Source: Spirochaetota bacterium
Lineage (GTDB): Bacteria > Spirochaetota > UBA4802 > UBA5550
Direction of reading: 5' to 3'
Assembly: GCA_963664815.2 (NCBI GenBank)
Contig: CAXXHB010000003.1
Span: 2,656,001 to 2,720,000, forward strand
Length of the DNA stretch: 64,000 bases
Position numbers and translations under genes: made by a program. The notes under the pieces were generated by a model, which was given only the letters and a program-made list of their open reading frames with translations, made no database searches and was not told the DNA's origin. Numbering within the stretch: the stretch's first letter is position 1; every line of letters begins with the position of its first letter. Below are positions 29,094 through 39,684 of the stretch, in pieces.

Positions 29094-31268
29094 CTATAGT
29101 TTTTTATTGTTTCTCAATGCAAAAATTACCATTTTCCGTATAATGCGCTCTCTCAACGATGCAGTTTTTGTAAGTTCCATATGTTCAAGAAATCTGTAAG
29201 CCCCTTTCGGTATTGGCCTCAAAAACTCGAGCAGAAGACCTCTGATCAGCTTACCCGGAGCTCCAGTAGTAAGCCCTTTCATAACTTTAAGAGAACCTCC
29301 TAGCGCAACTTCATCCGGTAATAAATCTGTACCAAACGGAAATGGCTGAAAATACCCCTGATCCTGATAAGGTTTAAGAAGTTTCAGAATCTTATCAGGG
29401 GTATTATGCAGGTATTCTTCAGGGATCTCATAATCCGGCCTGATTTTTTTAGCTTTTTTTGCCTGATCAAGAAGCTGTTTCTGGAACCTTGAATCGGCAA
29501 TATTAATCATAGCCATGATCACTTCTTCATCCGGTTTTCCCCTGACATCAGCTATTCCATATTCTGTAACGATGATATCTCTCATATGCCTCGGAATTGA
29601 GCAATGTCCATAACTGAATACAATGTTTGACTTAAGTGCTTTACCCACACCTTTAACGCTTTTAATCATCATTATTAACCGTCCATCAGGAAGCGCCTGA
29701 GCCATTGAAACAAAATTATACTGCCCCCCTATTCCGCTTACAACTCTTCCATCCTGAAGCTGATCTGAAGCTATAGAACCGAGAATACTTGCAGTCATTC
29801 CTGTATTTACAAATCTACCATCCTTACGCTGGAGAGCTCTCAGCTCTTCATCGCCGTATAACTGGTTTACCTTCTCAACCCCGGACATTCCGAAAAGCTG
29901 CCTCTCCTCTTCACTCATGTCATTAAGTGCCTTATAGAAAGATTGTGGCCCGAAATAAAAAGCTCCCAGTATGACTTTTCCACCTTTGAGTTCTTTCCCC
30001 AGAATTTTTCTTATTTTAACACTGTTTGCCTTGTTGTTTAAATCAACAGAATAGCCGATCTTACCATCCTTGATAACGGTTTTACTATATTTCAAGTCGC
30101 CGGTAATAATTCCGAACTCGGTAAGGAAATTGAAATCCTCCTCTGTTAATTTTGAGTGTATAGCCTTCATACTAATCAGCTTATCAATAATGTCAGCTGG
30201 TATCTTATCAGCGGCAAGCTCACCTTTATTAATCAGTTTCATGATAGGTACGCTTTCAAAGACTTTTCTCTTGAGTATTTTACTTTTATACATCTGCATA
30301 AAAGCATCTACAAACATCTCCGACGACCCATAAAGCCCCTGCTTGAATACTCCGGTATCTCCCCATGTTTTTATAAGATCTTTATTCCGTTCGGCTAAAC
30401 CTGATTTCTCGACAACTTCATTATATATTTTATTATGCTCATTCCGCATTATAAGTCCAGCTACGATTGCATCTCCAAGCGCACCAATACCCACCTGTAT
30501 TGTTCCCCCATCCCGAACCATTGTGCTCACATTAATACCGATCATATGATCAGACAATGCCACCGGATCTTTCGGTGCACCAAACAGATTATAGTTAAAC
30601 TGATCACCTTTAAGAATTATATCATATGAATGAGCATCCTGGACTGCATCTCCATACATAAATGGTAGTTTTACATTTGATTCGCCAATAATTGCAACTT
30701 TCTTCCCGGCAGCCCTCAGCTCATGCAGGGTTTGTACCGCCTCAACTGCAACATCTGTGTTGCAGCCCATAGAATACATAGTTTTCCCGTTTATTTCACG
30801 ATGCGTTATAAGCTGCCCAAAAACATTCGCACCGTAATCTATCGCATCACGGCAGCAATGTGTATAGTTAGAAGACAGGTGATGCATCTGGTAATGAGGT
30901 TCATTCAGATTTGCCCCAGCTTTACAGAAAAATTCATAAATATTAACATTCTTTGGCAGTTTACCATCTCTTAAATCAAGCATAAAATCAAAGTCAATCA
31001 CACCATCAAATACTCTCTCAGCAATTGGTTTTAAAAATCTTTTTTCAATTTCAGTATGTCCTCTCGGTTTTTCAAGAGGGAGAGCAGTAATAATTTTTAA
31101 ATTTATTTCCGGGTCCTCTTTTGCTCTTTTATACAACTCATTGGTAAAAAGAATTGGTTTCCCAAGTGCAAGAACCATTGCCAGCCTGATGTCCTTGCCT
31201 ATGTACTTGATTACCTGATCAACGCATTTAACTACATCGTTAGAAATAACGCCTGTTTTACCATTCAT
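29094..31268 (-). CDS. Long-form acetyl-CoA hydrolase/CoA-transferase, paralog B
   Basis: Same motifs and same 724-aa length as 26553..28727. Confidence 0.88.
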   Translation of the reverse strand: MNGKTGVISNDVVKCVDQVIKYIGKDIRLAMVLALGKPILFTNELYKRAKEDPEINLKIITALPLEKPRGHTEIEKRFLKPIAERVFDGVIDFDFMLDLRDGKLPKNVNIYEFFCKAGANLNEPHYQMHHLSSNYTHCCRDAIDYGANVFGQLITHREINGKTMYSMGCNTDVAVEAVQTLHELRAAGKKVAIIGESNVKLPFMYGDAVQDAHSYDIILKGDQFNYNLFGAPKDPVALSDHMIGINVSTMVRDGGTIQVGIGALGDAIVAGLIMRNEHNKIYNEVVEKSGLAERNKDLIKTWGDTGVFKQGLYGSSEMFVDAFMQMYKSKILKRKVFESVPIMKLINKGELAADKIPADIIDKLISMKAIHSKLTEEDFNFLTEFGIITGDLKYSKTVIKDGKIGYSVDLNNKANSVKIRKILGKELKGGKVILGAFYFGPQSFYKALNDMSEEERQLFGMSGVEKVNQLYGDEELRALQRKDGRFVNTGMTASILGSIASDQLQDGRVVSGIGGQYNFVSMAQALPDGRLIMMIKSVKGVGKALKSNIVFSYGHCSIPRHMRDIIVTEYGIADVRGKPDEEVIMAMINIADSRFQKQLLDQAKKAKKIRPDYEIPEEYLHNTPDKILKLLKPYQDQGYFQPFPFGTDLLPDEVALGGSLKVMKGLTTGAPGKLIRGLLLEFLRPIPKGAYRFLEHMELTKTASLRERIIRKMVIFALRNNKKL

Positions 31269-31904
31269 TTAATCACCTGCCATTTTTAATATTTTTGTGG
31301 ATAATAAAATTCTGACGACTCTATTCTATATAATTTCTGACTAGCAAATTTATATATTTAGTATAATAATTTAACTATTCCTGTTAAATTAAAAACGTAT
31401 TAATATATAAGTTTGTTTAAGTATAACATAATGCTTAGCAATTGTCAAAGAAAGAATTATGTTTTTTTATTTATTATATATTTTTTTATCATTTATCTGT
31501 GTTATCAGTAGATTAATAATTGATTTATATATGCCATATACATTTTTTACATGAATATTTTATTCTTTATCATATAAATAACAAACAAATAATTATTCAG
31601 AAAGTGGAGCAATCTCGCAGAATCTATTTCTCAATAAAGGGAGAGGTTTAAAACGAGTATAAATTTAATTCAGAAGCATGGCTGAAAATTATACCTGCCA
31701 TATTTTATGTATCAGACAAACATGAAAGCATAGATATTCCGGAGCTTTTTTAACTGCCAGACAGAATAAAATCACACTGTAAAAGCCAGATAAGATACAG
31801 TTTAATATTTTAAAACATCAGACAATATTAATAATTCCATTGCTGCTCAATTTCCTCTGGAGGTAAAACAGAAAGTGGTAAATAAGGCAATTCCTTCAAA
31901 ATTA

Positions 31905-34724
31905 TTATTTCTTTTTCTTAAGCATCTTTGCCAGAAATTGTCCGGTATATGATGAAGATATTTTACTGAGTTCTTCAGGAGTACCGCTCCCCAGTACTGA
32001 ACCTCCCGCATCACCGCCTTCCGGTCCAAGGTCTATTACATGATCTGCAGTCTTTATAACATCGAGGTTATGTTCAATTACAATAACAGTATTTCCCTTA
32101 TCCACAAGTGAGTTCAGAACCTCAATAAGCTTTTTTATATCATCAAAATGAAGACCGGTAGTAGGCTCGTCAAGGATATAAACTGTTTTACCCGTAGCTC
32201 TTTTGGAAAGCTCAGTAGCCAGTTTAATCCTCTGGGCTTCACCGCCCGACAAAGTTGTTGCAGGCTGGCCAAGCTTGACATAACCAAGCCCTACCCTCTG
32301 CAAAGTTTCAAGTTTTAAATTAACAGGGGATATATTTTCAAAAAATGGCACTGCTTCATCAACAGTCATATCAAGCACTTCAAAAATATTTTTACCCTTG
32401 AACCTGACCTCCAGAGTTTCATGATTATATCTCTTCCCTTTACATACATCACAGGTAATATAAACATCAGGAAGAAAATGCATCTCAATTTTTTTTACTC
32501 CGTCACCTTCACATGTTTCACATCTCCCCCCTGAAACGTTAAAGGAAAATCTTCCAGACTTATAACCCCGCACCTTCGATTCAGGCAGCCTGGCAAAAAG
32601 TTCACGGATAGGGGTGAAGAGACCGGTATAAGTTGCCGGATTTGATCTCGGAGTACGCCCAATGGGTGACTGATCTATATCTATTACCTTATCAATATGC
32701 TCCAATCCGTAGATTTCGTCAAAAGAACCTGGATACTCTTTTGATTTCATCACAAGCGAGGATAGTGCCTTATAGAGAATCTCAATAACCAATGAAGATT
32801 TTCCAGAGCCTGATACTCCCGTTACCGCAGTAAAAACTGCCAAAGGAAAGTCAACATTCACATTCTTTAAATTATTTTCACGAGCACCTTTTAAGCTGAT
32901 ATGCTTTTCTGCTTTTCTCCTTGAAACAGGAACAGGTATTGATTTAATCCCTGATAGATAATTTCCCGTTAAAGATCTGCTGCATGTTTTAATCTCTTCC
33001 GGTGTACCTTCGGCTACAATATGTCCTCCTTCAACACCGGCACCAGGCCCCATATCGACAACGTAATCCGCCTGCATAATTGTATCCTCATCATGTTCAA
33101 CAACAAGTACAGTATTGCCTATATCACGAAGATACTTAAGAGTTTTCATCAGTCTTTCATTATCCCGCTGGTGGAGTCCAATACTCGGTTCGTCAAGAAC
33201 ATAAAGCACCCCTGTTAGAGCAGAGCCGATCTGTGTAGCCAGCCTTATTCGCTGCGATTCACCTCCGGATAATGTCCCTGCGGCCCTTTCAAGAGTCAGG
33301 TATTCGATACCGACATCATTAAGGAATTTAAGCCTAGTTCTTATCTCTTTAAGTATCTGTTCCGCAATCTTATGCTCTGTGGAATTGAGTTCTATATTAC
33401 TGAAAAAATTATATGAATCCCGGATAGACATTGATGAGACTTCATCTATACAGCGGTCGGCAACTTTTACAGATAAGCTTTCGGGACGAAGTCTTTTACC
33501 TCTGCAGGCCGTACAGGTGTTGTTTGCCATGTACTTTTCCATCCATATCCGCATATCTTCTGAATTTGTCTCTTTATATCTTCTCTCAAGATTTGGAAGT
33601 ACTCCTTCAAATGATCTTGAGAATTTAAATTCAGATTCACTTCTTTTAACATTATAATTTACTTTTTCCTTTCCGGAACCGTATAGAATAACATTTTTAA
33701 TTTTTTCCGGAAGATCTTTCCATGGTGTATCAGGTTTGAAATTTAAACTTTTTGCAAGTGCCTGTACTGTTTCAAGGTACCAGTAGCTTGTAGTCTTACC
33801 CCACACCTCCAGTACACCCTCATTAAGGGATTTCTCGGGATCGGATACAATTCGTTCAGGATCAAACTGCATTATAAATCCAAGTCCGTCACATTCAGGA
33901 CATGCGCCATAAGGAGTATTAAATGAAAACATCCTTGGAGACAGCTCAGACATTGAGATTCCACATTCAGAGCATGACAACTGAGTTGAGAAGATAAGTT
34001 CCTTTTCATCAGTGATTACAATAATTAATCCGCCGCTTAGATCCATTGCTGTTTCTATTGATTCCGCAAGTCTTGGCCTGATTCCATCTTTAATTACCAG
34101 CCTGTCAACGACAATCTCTATGGTATGTTTTTTCTGTTTTTCAAGAACTATATCTTCTTCAACGGTGCGGAACTCTCCATCAATTCTGAGCCGGACAAAA
34201 CCTTTTTTACGCACTTCATCAATATAGTCAGCATGCTCCCCTTTTTTCCCGCGTACAAGCGGTGCAAGAATCTGACACTTTGTATTTTTTTTAAAAGTAA
34301 GAACAGATTCGACAATCTGGTCTATAGATTGCGAAGATATTTTTTTACCGCAATTATAACAATAGGGCACACCTATTCTCGCATAAAGGAGCCTGAAATA
34401 ATCATAAATCTCGGTAACTGTCCCTACTGTTGAGCGGGGATTCCGGTGAGTTGTTTTCTGTTCAATGGAAATCGCAGGTGAAAGCCCGTCAATGAAATCG
34501 ACATCAGGCTTTTCCATCAATCCGAGAAACTGTCTGGCATAGGAAGATAGTGATTCCACATATCTTCTCTGCCCCTCTGCATAAATCGTATCAAATGCAA
34601 GCGACGATTTACCCGATCCGGATAAACCGGTTATGACAACAAGCTTATCTCTCGGTATCTCAAGTGAAATGTTTTTTAAATTATGCTCCCGCGCTCCCTT
34701 GATTACAATTTTTCTATCTTTCAT
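31905..34724 (-). CDS. uvrA: Excinuclease ABC subunit A
   Basis: [32 protein letters not shown], two ABC domains, Zn fingers; ATG at 34724 overlaps the upstream stop (ATGA). Confidence 0.98.
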   Translation of the reverse strand: MKDRKIVIKGAREHNLKNISLEIPRDKLVVITGLSGSGKSSLAFDTIYAEGQRRYVESLSSYARQFLGLMEKPDVDFIDGLSPAISIEQKTTHRNPRSTVGTVTEIYDYFRLLYARIGVPYCYNCGKKISSQSIDQIVESVLTFKKNTKCQILAPLVRGKKGEHADYIDEVRKKGFVRLRIDGEFRTVEEDIVLEKQKKHTIEIVVDRLVIKDGIRPRLAESIETAMDLSGGLIIVITDEKELIFSTQLSCSECGISMSELSPRMFSFNTPYGACPECDGLGFIMQFDPERIVSDPEKSLNEGVLEVWGKTTSYWYLETVQALAKSLNFKPDTPWKDLPEKIKNVILYGSGKEKVNYNVKRSESEFKFSRSFEGVLPNLERRYKETNSEDMRIWMEKYMANNTCTACRGKRLRPESLSVKVADRCIDEVSSMSIRDSYNFFSNIELNSTEHKIAEQILKEIRTRLKFLNDVGIEYLTLERAAGTLSGGESQRIRLATQIGSALTGVLYVLDEPSIGLHQRDNERLMKTLKYLRDIGNTVLVVEHDEDTIMQADYVVDMGPGAGVEGGHIVAEGTPEEIKTCSRSLTGNYLSGIKSIPVPVSRRKAEKHISLKGARENNLKNVNVDFPLAVFTAVTGVSGSGKSSLVIEILYKALSSLVMKSKEYPGSFDEIYGLEHIDKVIDIDQSPIGRTPRSNPATYTGLFTPIRELFARLPESKVRGYKSGRFSFNVSGGRCETCEGDGVKKIEMHFLPDVYITCDVCKGKRYNHETLEVRFKGKNIFEVLDMTVDEAVPFFENISPVNLKLETLQRVGLGYVKLGQPATTLSGGEAQRIKLATELSKRATGKTVYILDEPTTGLHFDDIKKLIEVLNSLVDKGNTVIVIEHNLDVIKTADHVIDLGPEGGDAGGSVLGSGTPEELSKISSSYTGQFLAKMLKKKK

Positions 34725-35011
34725 ATCAGAGTAATATTGATTGAGCCGCACATAGGGCAGACAATATCTCTCTCCATATCCTCTTCAATATCATGTTTTT
34801 TCCTTACAAGTATGTCATCCCATCTATAATCACAATCTTCACAGGCATAACTTATATGAACCTTCCTCTCGCCTACTTCTCCATAAGAATCATCATCATC
34901 ATCGAGGAAATCATCAGAATCTTTCAATTCTTCTTCATCGTAGTTATCATCATAATAATCATCTTCGTATACTTGATCGTCTAAATCTTTTTCCATATAA
35001 TCGTCGGCCAT
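34721..35011 (-). CDS. Highly acidic zinc-ribbon protein (96 aa)
   Basis: Asp/Glu/Tyr-rich N-terminal half, then CEDC..CPMC; ATGA coupling to uvrA. Confidence 0.78.
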   Translation of the reverse strand: MADDYMEKDLDDQVYEDDYYDDNYDEEELKDSDDFLDDDDDSYGEVGERKVHISYACEDCDYRWDDILVRKKHDIEEDMERDIVCPMCGSINITLI

Positions 35012-35132
35012 ATCACTACCATCCTTTTCTGATGATTTTGTCTTTTTCTGACATCTGCCTGACAATTGCATGGCAGATGCGCTGTGAATACCAAAAAAAA
35101 GAGGTGTTTATTTGTCAAAATGTTTTACAGAC

Positions 35133-35771
35133 TTATTTAAAAATTTTTGGTTCGATCTCCTTTATTTTTTCTACTGAATTTATAGGCATTACCTCTATTT
35201 CGTTTATTTTCTTTGAAGTAATTATAATATCCCATATCCCCCAATTACCAAATTTACCTGAATACTCATGTATAATAATATCAAATTTCCCCGGGTAAGA
35301 CAAATCAAATGGGATTGATACTTCAAATAATTTATTATCCGACATGCAATCTGTAGTAGCGATTCCGACAAGACGTTTATTACCATAGATGTCCCTTATA
35401 AAAATTTTAAGTTTTGTATTGAATGGCACATTTTTCTGATTATAGCGAAGAAAATCGAAGTATATTTTATAAAAAAGTTCTCTTTTATACCCGCTTACTG
35501 GTATAATGCTTGGATTGCTTGTTATGAAAAAAGCTTTATTATCAACTACTGGTGGAGCATCAGGCATAAGTACAAGATGAGAATTATATGCCCAGTTTTC
35601 AGCTTCTTTAAAATCAACACTTTCAGCAGGTACATCACCTTTATCAGTTTTATTATTGATACTATTAATTATAATAGTATCACTTTCAAAACTATTCTGA
35701 GGATATATAAATTCCGACATAAGTAGAATAAAGGCCGGCATCATGAAGTAAATAATACATTTTCTGAACAT
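35133..35771 (-). CDS. Hypothetical exported protein
   Basis: 212-aa ORF with N-terminal hydrophobic signal-like segment and beta-rich body. Confidence 0.7.
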   Translation of the reverse strand: MFRKCIIYFMMPAFILLMSEFIYPQNSFESDTIIINSINNKTDKGDVPAESVDFKEAENWAYNSHLVLMPDAPPVVDNKAFFITSNPSIIPVSGYKRELFYKIYFDFLRYNQKNVPFNTKLKIFIRDIYGNKRLVGIATTDCMSDNKLFEVSIPFDLSYPGKFDIIIHEYSGKFGNWGIWDIIITSKKINEIEVMPINSVEKIKEIEPKIFK

Positions 35772-35837
35772 AAAACCTTATCGGCGCCTGCACTTTATTA
35801 TTTTTTAAATAAAAAACCCAGTCTGAAACAAATTCCT

Positions 35838-36395
35838 TTACCTGATAAGATTCATAACCTTTTCAGCGTCGAGTTTGGATATATTATCAAAACCCGCAGG
35901 TGTTTTCTTTAATGTTTCATTTACTCCAGCCATAATGGTTTCAATTTTTTTACTTCCAGCCAGATCTGAAGCAACAATATTATCCATCTCCACCTGAATT
36001 TTTGTAAGAGTATTAATATCTTTATTAATTAAAGTATTTATTTCACTTTTTTTTGATTCAAGTTCCTGCGGAGTAAAAGTTGTTCCAACATATTCTTTTA
36101 ATATCTTATTACCGTTAAACCTGGTCTCATTCAGTATAATTTCAGCATCGACAGAAGATGGAGCTGATGACAACTGGTCAATACCTTCACGCATAATCTG
36201 ATTTTTTGTTAGAGAGGTCTGAATATCTTTTACTTCTTTGCCAAGTGATTCAATTCTTGAATTTAATATTCTGCTGATATTAACTGAATCATATTTCTGA
36301 CTTTTTGTATCCTGTTTCAGTTCTGTTTCTTCAGTTTTTTTCTTATTATTAATCTTCTGAGCGGATCCCAGAAGACCTTCGGCAGTTATTTTCAT
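35838..36395 (-). CDS. Hypothetical helical protein with flagellin-like motifs
   Basis: GGAAGG RBS; ETRFNGNKIL, DSVNIS, C-terminal EKVMNLIR. Confidence 0.75.
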   Translation of the reverse strand: MKITAEGLLGSAQKINNKKKTEETELKQDTKSQKYDSVNISRILNSRIESLGKEVKDIQTSLTKNQIMREGIDQLSSAPSSVDAEIILNETRFNGNKILKEYVGTTFTPQELESKKSEINTLINKDINTLTKIQVEMDNIVASDLAGSKKIETIMAGVNETLKKTPAGFDNISKLDAEKVMNLIR

Positions 36396-36449
36396 TTTAC
36401 ACCTTCCATTGTGTCTTTTTTATATTTTTTTGATACTACTCCTCTTACA

Positions 36450-36478
36450 AATTTAACCAGGAGATTCTTATTTGTCAA
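36450..36478 (-). promoter_or_regulatory. Sigma70-type promoter for 35838..36395
   Basis: TTGACA-17 nt-TAAATT on the minus strand. Confidence 0.55.
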
Positions 36479-36542
36479 TTATTTATGAACAAATTTATTC
36501 AAAAATCTATAAAAAGACAGCAAATGGTACCACTCAGATCTG

Positions 36543-39284
36543 TTACATATCCACTCTTTCCATTTTTATTGAAACCAGCTTTGAAACTCCCGGATCCTCC
36601 ATTGTGACTCCATAAATAGATTCACTTATGTTCATGGTCTTTTTATTATGTGTTACAATGATAAACTGAGTACTCCTTGAAAACTCTCTGAGCATCTTTA
36701 TAAATCTCTGTATATTCTGCTCATCAAGAGGTGCATCAATTTCGTCAAGAAAACAGAATGGAGATGGTTTTACCATATATGTCGCGAACAGAAGGGCAAT
36801 AGCAGTAAGTGCCCTCTCCCCTCCTGAAAGCAGATTTATATTTTTAAACTTCTTGCCGGGAGGCCTCACCATAATATCTATTCCACTATCAAGCACATTC
36901 TCCATATCAACCATCTCTAGAAAAGCTTCTCCACCCTCAAAAAGCCTTTTGAACATATCTGAAAAGTTTTTCTGAATATCGTTAAACGTGTTCATGAAAA
37001 GATCCACTGATGTCTTATTAATATCTTCTATAACTGAAATAATATCCTGTCGCGCCTTTTCTATATCACTCTTCTGTTCGATGTAATATTCAAACCTTTT
37101 CTTCAAATCGCGGAATTCCTGAATGGCAAGATTATTTATTGGTCCAAGATCCTGTATCTTTTTTTTCAACTCCTGTATTTCATTCTGAAATTCATTTGCC
37201 ATTGTCTCATTTATCCTTAGTTCTTTCAACTCGGATATTTTCTTCTCATACTCTGTCCAGAGATAATCCTGTATCCCATCTTTTTTAAATGAAAGTTCAA
37301 CCCCGGCCCTCTCCATTGTATTGATTTTTTCAAGAGCCTTGACAAGTTCCTCTTCATCTTTCCGTGATTCGGTTTTACGTTTTATTATATTGTTTTCAAT
37401 TTCACTTCTTCTGGAGACAAGTTCGCTGATACTCACTTTCAAAGCTTCACTCTTTTCGCTGAACTGAATTAGCCTGTCTTCCGATTCCTTAATTTCCTTA
37501 ACAAGCTCCTCAATCGCCTTATCTGCCCTAGTAATCTCTTCGTTAAAGTTCTCTATCTGTTTCTTTATATCATCAATCTGATGTGTAAGTGATACAAGCT
37601 GCTTCTCAATCCAGTTGCTGTCATTCTCATACCGCGCGATATCACGCTCAATCCTTGTTATCATCGTGTTTATGTTTTCAAGTTCACGCTGCTCATTCTG
37701 TATAAACTCATCAAGGAGAGTATTGTTCCCCCTCAGCTCATCAATTTCGAGTACAAGCTCCCTTATACGTTTATCGAGGTTTTCTTTATCTGCGTGTATA
37801 CCTGTCTTATCAAAAAGTATTGACCGGAAACCGTCTTCATAGCTTTCGAATTTATCAATGTTATCCTTAAGGCTTTTAATGTTTATCTTTTCAAGGAACA
37901 TCCAGGCCCGGTCAAATGCTTTTAGTTTAAGTTCATCAACTGCATTGTTCAGATCCATCTCTATCTGACTTAATTCATTCTCAATGAGGCGCTTTACGTC
38001 CTCTCTCTCATGCTCTGAGTCTTCAAGCTCTATTTTTCTTTTTTCAATGGCATCAACAAGTTTTTTTATTACAACCTCAAGAGCCTCCCTCAATTTTTTA
38101 AGAGATGATTCATTATCTCTTATTTTTCTGTTATTCTCTTCAATTTTATCCCTTGAACCATGAATTGAATCTATCTTCTTTTTTCTGCTTTCAAAAAACT
38201 CGGAGAGTTTTCTTTTATCTTCAGCCATCTTTTCCTTAAGATCTGAAGCATTCTCTTCATTCTTCTTTTTTTCAGTGATTAGACGTTCAAGACTTTCCCC
38301 TCTCTCTTCAAGCTTTCTGACTGTGCCCTTCTTCCTGCCCTGATGTTCCTCGACGAGCCGTCTGTTCTTTTCAGTAGTTAAATCGATAGTTTCCCTTCTT
38401 ACTCTGTAAGCATCAAGTTTCTTCTCTATTTCGAACAACTGATATTGAAGATCGTTTTTCTTTTTCTCATCTTTTTCATTTTCTGCAGATGTCGTGGAAA
38501 CTCTGCCTACAATTTCTTCTCTCTCTTTCTGAAGCTTATCAATATCAGTCTGGTTCTTTTCAAACTTTTTTACTATCTCCCTGAATTTAATGATGTTAAG
38601 TTTTATGTCAAGGTCGGAAAGTTTTCCTTTAAGGTTAAGAAACTCCTTTGTTTTCTCAGCCTGTTTCGATTTAAGTTCTTTTTCTCTCTCTATCTCTTTA
38701 ATAATATCATTCAGACGATTAAGATTCTCTCCGGTGTCCTGTAATTTCTTAAGTGATTCTTTTTTCTGCATTTTGTAACGTGAAATTCCCGCCGCTTCCT
38801 CGAATAAGTACCTTCGATCTTCTGCTTTAGTGGACAGGATAAGATCCATCTTCCCCTGTTCGAGAACAGAGTAAGCCGATTTTCCAATTCCTGTATCCAT
38901 AAAAAGTTTATCAATATCCTTAAGTCTTACGGGAGATTTATTTATCAGATATTCAGATTCACCGTCACGAAAGATACGTCTGCTGACAGTAACGCTGTCA
39001 GAATCAAAATCGAGTATTCTGTTTGTGTTATCTATTGTAAGAGCCACCTCCGCAAGAGACAGAGCCTTACGCTGATCGGTACCGGAGAAGATAATATCCT
39101 CCATAGTCTGCCCGCGGATATTCTTTGCCTGTTTTTCACCAAGTACCCATTTTACAGCATCTACTACATTCGATTTACCACATCCGTTAGGGCCGACAAT
39201 GGCCGTAATTCCAGATTCAAACTCAACATGAGTTTTATCCGCAAATGATTTGAAACCGAACATGTCCATTGACTTAAGAAACAT
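36543..39284 (-). CDS. smc: Chromosome segregation protein SMC, short (913 aa) form
   Basis: GFKSFA, GPNGCGKSN, FEEAAGIS, LGPIN..AI, LSGGE, LDEIDAPLD, IVTHNK. Confidence 0.95.
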   Translation of the reverse strand: MFLKSMDMFGFKSFADKTHVEFESGITAIVGPNGCGKSNVVDAVKWVLGEKQAKNIRGQTMEDIIFSGTDQRKALSLAEVALTIDNTNRILDFDSDSVTVSRRIFRDGESEYLINKSPVRLKDIDKLFMDTGIGKSAYSVLEQGKMDLILSTKAEDRRYLFEEAAGISRYKMQKKESLKKLQDTGENLNRLNDIIKEIEREKELKSKQAEKTKEFLNLKGKLSDLDIKLNIIKFREIVKKFEKNQTDIDKLQKEREEIVGRVSTTSAENEKDEKKKNDLQYQLFEIEKKLDAYRVRRETIDLTTEKNRRLVEEHQGRKKGTVRKLEERGESLERLITEKKKNEENASDLKEKMAEDKRKLSEFFESRKKKIDSIHGSRDKIEENNRKIRDNESSLKKLREALEVVIKKLVDAIEKRKIELEDSEHEREDVKRLIENELSQIEMDLNNAVDELKLKAFDRAWMFLEKINIKSLKDNIDKFESYEDGFRSILFDKTGIHADKENLDKRIRELVLEIDELRGNNTLLDEFIQNEQRELENINTMITRIERDIARYENDSNWIEKQLVSLTHQIDDIKKQIENFNEEITRADKAIEELVKEIKESEDRLIQFSEKSEALKVSISELVSRRSEIENNIIKRKTESRKDEEELVKALEKINTMERAGVELSFKKDGIQDYLWTEYEKKISELKELRINETMANEFQNEIQELKKKIQDLGPINNLAIQEFRDLKKRFEYYIEQKSDIEKARQDIISVIEDINKTSVDLFMNTFNDIQKNFSDMFKRLFEGGEAFLEMVDMENVLDSGIDIMVRPPGKKFKNINLLSGGERALTAIALLFATYMVKPSPFCFLDEIDAPLDEQNIQRFIKMLREFSRSTQFIIVTHNKKTMNISESIYGVTMEDPGVSKLVSIKMERVDM

Positions 39285-39488
39285 ATATCCACTTTTTTAT
39301 TAGCTGAATTTTTTAAACATTTGATTTTATAATGAAGAAACCGGACAAAAATCCGTTGACCTGTATTAATTATCAGAAAAACACACGAATGATACTTAAA
39401 AATAAATACACTTCTTTAAGCAAGAAGATTTTTACAGCCAGTTTAAAAAATTAACCCGTCAAAACAGTAAAAAGAGCCTAATTTTTAT

Positions 39489-39585
39489 TGAGCTAAACTA
39501 AAAATAGAGTTGAATTATAAAAAAACGATTTATAAAAAATAATCAATCATTATTTTTATATTTACATTACTTTTAGTTTAGCTCA
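39489..39585. repeat. 97-bp segment bounded by perfect 15-bp inverted repeats
   Basis: tgagctaaactaaaa ... ttttagtttagctca, with an inner near-perfect AT hairpin at 39531-39560. Confidence 0.75.
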
Positions 39586-39684
39586 GTCATATTTTCTTAA
39601 CAGTCAAAATAACACACAGAATTTGCTTATTGACACATTAAATATATATTCTTTTTAACTGAAACAATTAAAAAAGAGGATAGG

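Noticed and set aside
31269-31904. 635-nt intergenic gap as a hidden gene or RNA
   Set aside because: Very AT-rich, only tiny ORFs, no convincing stems
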